This document shows positions 57,308-64,000 of a stretch of 64,000 nucleotides of DNA, one piece after another; positions within the stretch are counted from its first letter, which is position 1; each line of letters starts with the position of its first letter. Below the pieces are notes generated by a model that had not been told where the DNA came from, searched no databases, and saw nothing but the letters and a program-made list of their open reading frames with translations. The translations under genes and the position numbers were made by a program. Origin of the DNA: an uncultured Gammaproteobacteria bacterium. Its GTDB lineage: Bacteria; Patescibacteriota; Patescibacteriia; Patescibacteriales; UBA12465. Location: positions 139,405 to 203,404 of the forward strand of contig CAYYDR010000001.1 in the NCBI GenBank assembly GCA_964470695.1, read 5' to 3'.

Positions 57308-58246
57308 ATGCACATCAAATTTTTCTCTCAGATTACTAAAAAAAGCGTTAGTGAGGCAGGCGGGAAGGGAGCGTCCCTGGGTGAAATGACTAAAGCGGGG
57401 ATTCCCGTGCCGCCAGGCTTTGTTATTTTAGCCTCGGCCTTTAATCGTTTTTTAGAAGAAACTGACTTAACTCAAGAAGTGCAGGCTGAACTTGATAAAG
57501 TTAATTATAAGGATATTAATTCGGTTGACGGTGCTTCTGCGAAGATTAGGGCCTTTATTTTAAAGGCTAAAATGCCTAAAGATCTAGAAAAGGATATTAT
57601 TGCTGATTTTAAAAAATTAAAGACTAAGTTCGTGGCCGTCCGATCTAGCGCGACGGCTGAAGACTCTTCGTCGGCTTCTTGGGCTGGCGAACTGGAAACA
57701 TATTTGAATACGACTGATAAGACTTTACTCTTGAATGTTAAAAAATGCTGGTCCTCTTTATTTACGCCGCGGGCCATTTTTTATCGTCATGAAAAGAAAT
57801 TATTAAATACTCATGTCAGTGTAGCTGTAGTCGTCCAGCAAATGGTGGACTCAGAAATATCGGGTATTGCTTTTACGGTTCATCCCGTTACCCAAGATAA
57901 AAATCAGATAATAATTGAAGCCGGTTATGGTTTAGGGGAGGCGATCGTCTCCGGGTCTATTACCCCGGATTCTTATGTGCTTGATAAGCGTGATTATTCA
58001 ATGTTAGATATTAATATTGCCGATCAGACTAAACAAATAGTTAAGGGTTCCGGCGGCGGGACAAAATGGGTTGCTGTACCGAAGAAGCAGGGATCAGCTC
58101 AAAAATTAAATGGCCGCCAGATAGTAGAACTAGCTAAGGTTTGCCATGGTATAGAGAAGCATTATAAGTTTCCCTGTGATATAGAATGGGCTTTAAATAA
58201 GGGGAAATTTTATATAACGCAAAGCCGGCCGATTACGACTCTTTAG
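57308..58246 (+). CDS. Stand-alone PpsA/PPDK-type ATP-grasp nucleotide-binding domain protein
   Basis: GGKGASLGEMTKAGIPVPPGFVI, VAVRSSATAEDSSSASWAGELETYLN, VAVVVQQMVDSEISGIAFTVHP and GYGLGEAIVSGSITPD are present. The protein ends at FYITQSRPITTL, the usual domain boundary. Confidence 0.85.
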   Translation: MHIKFFSQITKKSVSEAGGKGASLGEMTKAGIPVPPGFVILASAFNRFLEETDLTQEVQAELDKVNYKDINSVDGASAKIRAFILKAKMPKDLEKDIIADFKKLKTKFVAVRSSATAEDSSSASWAGELETYLNTTDKTLLLNVKKCWSSLFTPRAIFYRHEKKLLNTHVSVAVVVQQMVDSEISGIAFTVHPVTQDKNQIIIEAGYGLGEAIVSGSITPDSYVLDKRDYSMLDINIADQTKQIVKGSGGGTKWVAVPKKQGSAQKLNGRQIVELAKVCHGIEKHYKFPCDIEWALNKGKFYITQSRPITTL

Positions 58247-58289
58247 GCCAATTTATCTCTTTCCTCTTTTAAGTAAAATATGCTAAAAT

Positions 58290-58326
58290 AGAAACAGGAT
58301 AATCATCCCTGTTTCTCTTTTATTTT
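58290..58326 (+). terminator. Rho-independent terminator closing the swivel-domain/ATP-grasp operon
   Basis: AGAAACAGGAT (58290-58300) pairs with ATCCCTGTTTCT (58305-58316) with one bulge. A T-rich tract CTTTTATTTT follows. Confidence 0.65.
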
Positions 58327-58342
58327 GAGGTTTTTTCTCTTA

Positions 58343-60043
58343 ATGTTTGACTATCTACAACAATTTAATAATCTTGCTAAAGACCTGCGTGATCGGGTTT
58401 CTTCGCCGTCGGTGATGGCCATAATTGCGGATTTAGAAAGTAAATATCGGGTTGATTTGGCCATGACGGTCATGAAGGTGATGATTAAAAGTTTATCGGC
58501 TAAAAATTTGCCGGCTTATTTTATTAGTGAGTTAGGATTACCGTTAGATTCGGCCGAAGCCTTAGCTCAGGAAATGAAAGAAAAAATTTTTGTTTCCGTG
58601 GCTGATTATTTAGGACTCAGTTCGGAAATGCGCGCCCTAGATTTAGATAAAGATATTAATATTTTAATTAAAGAATCAGGATTAGTTCTGCCTAGTGCCG
58701 TTCTTATCGGCCGTTTCAAAAATATTGTTTCTACTTATCTGCGCGGCGTGCGCAATAAGATTGATACCAAGAATAGTTTATCTAAGGATGTTAAAATAGG
58801 CGGTTTAAGTTTAAGTTCAGCAGAAGTAGACAGGGTATTGAAAGTTTGTGATACTCAAAAATTTGCTAGTTTAAAAATTTCTCCTGATGCCGCGCCTCAG
58901 CCGACGGTCGCGCCCGGCAGTCGTTTAGATAAAATTATTGCTAGCTCTGATAATATTATTGTTAATAAGGACGGTAAGGCGGAAGAATATAGCTTGAAAA
59001 ATGCTTTAGCAACCGGCCAGATTAAAATCCCGGCCTCTATTTCAACTTCAACCCCAACCTTAGCTCCAACTCCAACTCCAACTTCAACTCCAACTTCAGC
59101 GCCAGCTTCAATTTCGCCCAGAATCCCCGTGTCTGCGCCTATTAGGCCAAAGACTATTTTAGATACTAAGCATGAAATATCGGCTCCTCGCCCCCAATTA
59201 GACCTTCCAGTCGGCCATATGCCCGTTCCTACGCCACCGACTCCTCCTGCCGCGCCAATTTCAAAACCAGCTCCAGTTAATCAAGTCAGCCAGGTGAACC
59301 AAGTTAATAAGTCGGTTGTTTCACCGTCTCCGGCGGTTAATAAGATCGCGCCCGCCTCTCAATCTATTTCTAAACCCAGCAGTCTATTCAGTCGGTTTAC
59401 TTCTAAATTGTCGCCTTTAAGAGGCGCTGCTTCTCAGCCTATAGTTAAAAATAAAGTACCAAATATTAGTCAGCCTATATCTAACTCGTCCTTATCTATT
59501 AAGCCTGCGATGGCTCAGTCTGCGGCTAATGCTAATCTATTAGCTAACTCAGGACTAGCTAAGTCTGCTAATTCCTCCATATTGTCCCCGGCCTCTCCGG
59601 CACCTGCCGCGTCGGCTTCGGTCCAGGCTCCTAAAGCCGCGGCCCCTTCATTAACGAACAGACCAGCCCCAGCTTCTCCTGCCCGCCCGCAGATGCATGA
59701 CATTAAACCAGTGCCTAAAGTCATGGGCCCGATTGAAGAATTGCAGTTTTTAGATGTTGTTAATTTCCGCCGTTTAGGCAAAACACCAGGAGAATCAATC
59801 ACGAAAGTTTTCATGAAAATAAAATTGTTGGAAAAAGATGGCTATGATAAAATGATTGCAGGCATTCAGGCTTGGCGGCAAAGTCCGGTTAATCGTCTTT
59901 ATTTGCGCCTAGGCCAGGAAGCTGTAGCGCGAGGAGTTCCTTTTAAAGAATCAGTCGCCCTGCGCCAGAAAAATAATCAGGAATATCTCAGCATGGAAGA
60001 AATAGAAGCGATTGTCTCCCTTAATAGCCGCTTGGTATTTTAA
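58343..60043 (+). CDS. Hypothetical protein with a central Pro/Ser/Thr/Ala-rich low-complexity region
   Basis: I chose the ATG at 58343; the track uses TTG at 58325, which lies inside the terminator tail. A structured N-terminal ~200 aa is followed by a ~270-aa P/S/T/A-rich linker and a conserved-looking C-terminal ~110 aa. Confidence 0.55.
   Translation: MFDYLQQFNNLAKDLRDRVSSPSVMAIIADLESKYRVDLAMTVMKVMIKSLSAKNLPAYFISELGLPLDSAEALAQEMKEKIFVSVADYLGLSSEMRALDLDKDINILIKESGLVLPSAVLIGRFKNIVSTYLRGVRNKIDTKNSLSKDVKIGGLSLSSAEVDRVLKVCDTQKFASLKISPDAAPQPTVAPGSRLDKIIASSDNIIVNKDGKAEEYSLKNALATGQIKIPASISTSTPTLAPTPTPTSTPTSAPASISPRIPVSAPIRPKTILDTKHEISAPRPQLDLPVGHMPVPTPPTPPAAPISKPAPVNQVSQVNQVNKSVVSPSPAVNKIAPASQSISKPSSLFSRFTSKLSPLRGAASQPIVKNKVPNISQPISNSSLSIKPAMAQSAANANLLANSGLAKSANSSILSPASPAPAASASVQAPKAAAPSLTNRPAPASPARPQMHDIKPVPKVMGPIEELQFLDVVNFRRLGKTPGESITKVFMKIKLLEKDGYDKMIAGIQAWRQSPVNRLYLRLGQEAVARGVPFKESVALRQKNNQEYLSMEEIEAIVSLNSRLVF
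59041..59110 (+). repeat. Imperfect hexanucleotide tandem repeat (ACTCCA/ACTTCA/GCTCCA) encoding (T/S/A)P repeats
   Basis: The DNA reads ...gctccaactccaactccaacttcaactccaacttcagcgccagcttca... and encodes TPTLAPTPTPTSTPTSAPAS. Confidence 0.7.
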
Positions 60044-60049
60044 TCTCAT

Positions 60050-60469
60050 ATGCAGCAATTTACCGTACCGCAATTTATTGATGTAGAGAATAAGATTATC
60101 GGTCCGATTACTGTCCGACAGTTTATTATTTTCTTGGCGGCGGCCATAATTCTCGGTATTAGTTATCGGTTATTTGATTTTTCTTTATTTACTACTATCG
60201 CAATTGTTGTCCTGGTTTTAGCGGCTCTATTTGCCTTTGTTAAGATTAATGGCCAGCCTTTCCACCTTTTTGTTTTAAGCGCTGTTCAGACTTTGCGCCG
60301 TCCGCGCGTTAGAATTTGGAATAATCGTTTAATGGCGGCCGGCAAAGATGAGGATTTGGTAGCTGTAAAGCCGCAGCGAGCCATGGTTGCGCCTAAAGTT
60401 TTTAAAACTTCGCGTTTAGCGGAATTGTCCCTAGTAGTTGATACTAAGGGAAGATATCGCGGTGAATAA
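60050..60469 (+). CDS. PrgI/VirB3-like small T4SS membrane protein
   Basis: MQQFTVPQFIDVENKIIGPITVRQFIIFLAAAIILG followed by a second TM is the pattern of Gram-positive T4SS PrgI-type proteins. It sits upstream of VirB4. Confidence 0.55.
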   Translation: MQQFTVPQFIDVENKIIGPITVRQFIIFLAAAIILGISYRLFDFSLFTTIAIVVLVLAALFAFVKINGQPFHLFVLSAVQTLRRPRVRIWNNRLMAAGKDEDLVAVKPQRAMVAPKVFKTSRLAELSLVVDTKGRYRGE

Positions 60470-60494
60470 TATTTAGCCAGAGAATAAATATATT

Positions 60495-61175
60495 ATGTCG
60501 GAAAAGAATTTGGCGAAAAATAAAATAGGCGTTTCTACTCAGCAGTATTTAAATATCGCTGAGGTTAAAGATAATACTATTGTCATGAAAGACGGCACGT
60601 TGCGGGCCGTTTTACTCGTATCTAGCATTAACTTCGCCTTAAAGAGCGAAGACGAACAGAACGCGGTTATTAATTCTTATGCCAGCTTTTTAAATAATAT
60701 TAGTTTTACCTTGCAGATTGTTATCCAGTCGCGGGAATTAGATATTGATAATTATTTAACTTACTTGAAAGACAAGGAAAAAGAGCAGACCAATAAATTA
60801 TTAAAGGTCCAGACGGCTGATTATATTGAATATATCAAAGAATTGATTTCTTTGGGCAAGATAATGAATAAGCGTTTTTACGTCGTGGTGCCTTATGACC
60901 CCATGACAGATAAGCATAAGGGATTTTTAAGTTTAGTCGGCGAAGCCTTAAAGCCGGCGACGATTATTAAATTAAAAGAGAAGACTTTCCGCAGCTATCA
61001 GGAAATGCTTGATAGGCGAGTTGATAGCGTGGTGGGCGGGCTGGAATCTATGGGCGTGGCCGTGGCTCGCTTAGATACGCAAAGTTTAATTGAGCTTTAT
61101 TATAAGACCTATAACCCCGAAACCGCTAAGAATCAGGAACTGGTTGATTTGGATAAAATTAGAGTAGACAGATAA
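60495..61175 (+). CDS. VirB4/ConE-type ATPase, N-terminal domain encoded as a separate ORF
   Basis: LNIAEVKDNTIVMKDGTLRAVLLVSSINFALKSEDEQNAVINSYASFLNNISFTLQIVIQSR matches the N-terminal pattern of Gram-positive VirB4 homologs. It ends 4 nt before the ATPase ORF. Confidence 0.5.
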   Translation: MSEKNLAKNKIGVSTQQYLNIAEVKDNTIVMKDGTLRAVLLVSSINFALKSEDEQNAVINSYASFLNNISFTLQIVIQSRELDIDNYLTYLKDKEKEQTNKLLKVQTADYIEYIKELISLGKIMNKRFYVVVPYDPMTDKHKGFLSLVGEALKPATIIKLKEKTFRSYQEMLDRRVDSVVGGLESMGVAVARLDTQSLIELYYKTYNPETAKNQELVDLDKIRVDR

Positions 61176-61179
61176 AACT

Positions 61180-63075
61180 ATGATTGATTTTAATAAAGAT
61201 GATAAAACTAATAAGCTAACTTTAAATACCCCGATTACTTTGGGTCCTAAGTCGGCTATGCCGGCGATTGAGTCTGATCCTCAGTTGACCAGGGAAGTAA
61301 TTGAAGAAGAGAAGGCTTTTAGGCGCGGCGTTTTATCGGTCCGCGATATTATTGCTCCGGCCAGCCTTAAGGTTGAGGCTAATTATTTATTGCTGGGCGA
61401 TAAGTTTTTAAGAACCATTTTTGTTATCAGCTATCCCCGCTATATTTCCGTTGGCTGGTTTGCGCCTATCATTAATCTTAACTTTACCTTTGACGTCTCC
61501 ATGTTCTTTTATCCGGTTAAGAGCGCTATTATTTTAAAACAATTAAAAAATAAAGTTGGTGCTTTAGAGGCTCAGATTATTTCCGATGCGGAAAAGGGAG
61601 CAGCTCGTGATCCGCTTAGAGAAACCGCTCTGCGTGATATTGAATATTTGCGCGACGCGCTTACTCAGGGGACAGAGAAATTTTTTCAATTCGCTCTTTA
61701 TGTTACTTTGTACGAAAAAGATCTAGAAAGCCTAGATCGTTTGTCGGATCAGGTTGAAGATGTCTTTGGTTCACGCCTAGTTTATTCCCGCCGAGTTTAT
61801 TATCAGTCTGAGCAGGGCTTTAATTCTACTTTACCGCTGGGCGACGATGAATTATATATTACTTTTAACATGAATTCGTCGCCGATCGCTTCGTCTTTCC
61901 CGTTTATTTCTAGCGAACTGACGAGCGATAAGGGTATTTTGTATGGTATTAACCGCCATAATAACAGTTTAATTTTATTTGATAGATTTTCTTTGCAAAA
62001 CGCTAATTCAGTCGTCTTCGCGACTTCTGGCGCTGGTAAAAGTTATGCTATTAAGCTGGAAATATTGCGCTCATTAATGCTTGGTTCAGATGTTATTGTT
62101 ATTGATCCGGAATATGAATATAAGCATTTAGCTGAAGCAGTCGGCGGCACTTATATTAATATTTCTTTAGCTTCGGAGAATAAAATTAATCCTTTTGATC
62201 TGCCGCGCTCTATAGGCGGGGAAGCGAAGCCTAAGGATATTATCCGCAGCGCGGTCATTACTCTTAAAGGCTTGGTCCGTTTAATGCTTGGTAATCTGAC
62301 TTATGATGAGGATTCTATTGTTGATCGCGCCCTATTGGAGACTTACGCGAAAAAAGATATTACCCCTGATTCGGATTTATCAAAAATAGAAGCGCCGGTT
62401 ATGTCTGACTTTGAGCAGATCTTAGATGGCATGGAGGGCGGTGCCAATTTATCGTTGCGTTTAAGAAAATATACGGAGGGAACCTTTGCTGGGTTGCTCA
62501 ATAGTCCGACTAACGTGGAAATGAATAATCAGCTGGTTTGTTTCTCGGTCCGCGATTTAGAAGATGAATTGCGCCCTATCGCCATTTACACCATTATTAA
62601 CTATATTTGGAACGTGGTGCGGAGCGAAATGAAAAAGCGCATCCTGGTTATTGATGAGGCCTGGTGGATGATGCAGCACGAAGACAGCGCCAAGTTTATT
62701 TTTGCCCTAGTTAAGCGCTGCCGCAAATATTATTTAGGGGTCACGACTATTACGCAGGATGTAAACGACTTTTTAACTTCGCCTTACGGCCAGGCTATTG
62801 TTAATAATTCTTCTTTGCAGATATTACTCAAGCAGTCTCCAGCCGCGATTGATTTGATCCAGAAAACTTTCATGTTAACGGAAGGAGAAAAATATTTATT
62901 GCTAGAATGCGGTTTAGGGGAGGGAATATTTTTTGCCGGCAACAAGCACGTAGCTATGAAAGTGGTCGCCTCCTATACTGAGGACCAATTAATTACTTCC
63001 GACCCGCGCCAGTTACTAGAGATAGAGGAAGCCAAGAAAGAATTTGAAGAAAGCCAGCAGCAAGAAACTAGTTAA
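61180..63075 (+). CDS. virB4: VirB4-family T4SS ATPase (middle and ATPase domains)
   Basis: FLRTIFVISYPRYISVGWF (middle domain), Walker A ATSGAGKS and Walker B RILVIDEAWWMM are present, with TTITQDVNDF downstream. Confidence 0.8.
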   Translation: MIDFNKDDKTNKLTLNTPITLGPKSAMPAIESDPQLTREVIEEEKAFRRGVLSVRDIIAPASLKVEANYLLLGDKFLRTIFVISYPRYISVGWFAPIINLNFTFDVSMFFYPVKSAIILKQLKNKVGALEAQIISDAEKGAARDPLRETALRDIEYLRDALTQGTEKFFQFALYVTLYEKDLESLDRLSDQVEDVFGSRLVYSRRVYYQSEQGFNSTLPLGDDELYITFNMNSSPIASSFPFISSELTSDKGILYGINRHNNSLILFDRFSLQNANSVVFATSGAGKSYAIKLEILRSLMLGSDVIVIDPEYEYKHLAEAVGGTYINISLASENKINPFDLPRSIGGEAKPKDIIRSAVITLKGLVRLMLGNLTYDEDSIVDRALLETYAKKDITPDSDLSKIEAPVMSDFEQILDGMEGGANLSLRLRKYTEGTFAGLLNSPTNVEMNNQLVCFSVRDLEDELRPIAIYTIINYIWNVVRSEMKKRILVIDEAWWMMQHEDSAKFIFALVKRCRKYYLGVTTITQDVNDFLTSPYGQAIVNNSSLQILLKQSPAAIDLIQKTFMLTEGEKYLLLECGLGEGIFFAGNKHVAMKVVASYTEDQLITSDPRQLLEIEEAKKEFEESQQQETS

Positions 63076-63092
63076 AAGATAATATAAAATAT

Positions 63093-63725
63093 ATGCAAAA
63101 TAATCGCCGCAATATCGGCATCTTAATCATTATTATCGGCCTTATTCTGATTGCTCTGATAATTTATTTCGGCTTCTTGAAAAAGGCGCCATCCGCTGGG
63201 CCAGTTGAGGTCGCCACTACTACTCCAGTAGTTACGCCGCAATTGCCGTCTGGGCCGGAAACCAGTACTACGACGCCTAGCGATAAGCCGCGCGACTATC
63301 AGAAATATGATATTTCTAAAGAAGCGCCGCGATCAATTGGAGCGTCTGATTTAGCTAAGCGGGCCATGCTTTATTGCGAACGCCTCGGTTCTTATTCCAG
63401 CCAATCTGACTACAGTAATTTTACTGATCTAAAAATTTATATGACCGATAGCCTGCGTTCCTGGTCCGATAAATATGTTGCTGAACTGAAGAGCAAGATT
63501 AAGAGCAATACTTATTACGGTATTGAAACTAAGGCTTTGACAACTGAAGTTAACAGCTTTGATGATAAGGCGGGGACAGCGGAAATTACAGTTACTACTG
63601 AGCGCCGGGAAAGTACGGAAAAAATTGGCGGCGGCGAGCCGTTTATCCAGAAAATTAATCTTAGTTTTGTAAAAACGGCTAGTGGAGACTGGCTAATGGA
63701 TAAAGCTTACTGGGAAAATAAATAG
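63093..63725 (+). CDS. Hypothetical membrane-anchored protein with a Thr/Pro-rich stalk
   Basis: It has an N-terminal TM (IGILIIIIGLILIALIIYFGF) and a T/P-rich linker, followed by a ~140-aa globular region. It follows VirB4. Confidence 0.5.
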   Translation: MQNNRRNIGILIIIIGLILIALIIYFGFLKKAPSAGPVEVATTTPVVTPQLPSGPETSTTTPSDKPRDYQKYDISKEAPRSIGASDLAKRAMLYCERLGSYSSQSDYSNFTDLKIYMTDSLRSWSDKYVAELKSKIKSNTYYGIETKALTTEVNSFDDKAGTAEITVTTERRESTEKIGGGEPFIQKINLSFVKTASGDWLMDKAYWENK

Positions 63726-63767
63726 TTTTTCGTTTTTAAATAACAGTATTTAGGTTGACCTTATAAT

Positions 63768-64000
63768 ATGCCGGCTAACATCAAAACAATTTTCGTTTGC
63801 AGCAATTGCGACGCCCAATATCCGAAATGGAGTGGGCGTTGTTTAGAGTGCGGTTCCTGGGGTACTTTATCAGAACAGGTAACTGATTCTAAGGAAGAAA
63901 AAAAGGAACTGGCTAAAAAGTTAGGTGGAGCGGAAATAATTGATTTAAGTAAAATCCAGGCCAAGTCTTTGGACCGCCTTAAGACTAATATCGGCGAGAT
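63768..64000 (+). CDS. radA: DNA repair protein RadA/Sms, N-terminal part (continues beyond the window)
   Basis: The ATG at 63768 gives MPANIKTIFVCSNCDAQYPKWSGRCLECGSWGTL, the RadA zinc ribbon. The frame is open to the window end. It is absent from the ORF track, which lists a spurious antisense ORF here instead. Confidence 0.85.
   Translation, partial: MPANIKTIFVCSNCDAQYPKWSGRCLECGSWGTLSEQVTDSKEEKKELAKKLGGAEIIDLSKIQAKSLDRLKTNIGE

Noticed and set aside
55404-58246. Paralog 7 plus the ATP-grasp ORF as one frameshifted pseudogene
   Set aside because: Paralog 7 terminates with the same ...G.VKI.KK(A) end as the six other paralogs. The ATP-grasp ORF starts with the normal N-terminus of that domain, 23 nt later. 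Both look complete.
58281-58289. TGCTAAAAT, considered as an extended -10 promoter for block B
   Set aside because: It lies immediately upstream of, and would transcribe straight into, the strong terminator hairpin at 58290-58326. It also has no -35 element, so it is unlikely to be functional.
63761-63964. A 67-aa minus-strand ORF at the window end
   Set aside because: The plus strand here encodes an unmistakable RadA zinc-ribbon N-terminus starting at 63768, so the minus ORF is its shadow.
1-64000. Alternative genetic code (UGA recoding, as in some uncultivated lineages)
   Set aside because: Well-conserved genes end at TGA where homologs end (for example the ATGA junctions at 16815, 18956 and 48360). 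No conserved protein requires read-through of an in-frame TGA. The standard code fits.

Overview
This is a gene-dense, moderately AT-rich bacterial chromosome segment. It reads cleanly in the standard genetic code: TAA, TAG and TGA all terminate ORFs, and many gene junctions are only 1-4 nt. The housekeeping backbone is rpoB (3' part)-rpoC, murJ, lepA, recJ, rnhA, xth, leuS, rsmA/ksgA, a pfkB-ahcY-metK methyl-cycle trio, and radA (5' part). Five accessory modules are interleaved with it. (i) An envelope glycosylation pair, GT2 plus a GT-C enzyme with TPR repeats. (ii) A minus-strand operon in which the four pyruvate/2-oxoacid:ferredoxin oxidoreductase subunit genes are led by a DsbA-like gene. 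This operon is interrupted twice by Cys-rich secreted proteins with a VirB2/TrbC-like TM hairpin, one of which ends in a 3D lytic domain. (iii) A locus encoding a 2821-aa Cys-rich surface protein, a TSP3-repeat protein and a VirB6/TrbL-like membrane protein. (iv) A ~15-kb array (43.3-58.2 kb) of seven strongly diverged paralogs that all end in a PEP-utilizer phosphohistidine swivel domain, interspersed with four phosphohydrolases and closed by a single stand-alone PpsA/PPDK-type ATP-grasp gene. This is my top candidate for an undescribed system: a split, multiplexed dikinase. (v) A Gram-positive-type T4SS block with a PrgI/VirB3-like protein and a VirB4 apparently split into two ORFs. I recognised no rRNA, tRNA, CRISPR array, transposase or integrase. 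The gene content is reminiscent of Candidate Phyla Radiation/Patescibacteria genomes, but that is inference only. All calls rest on reading motifs by eye in the supplied translations and DNA; no database or HMM search was run.
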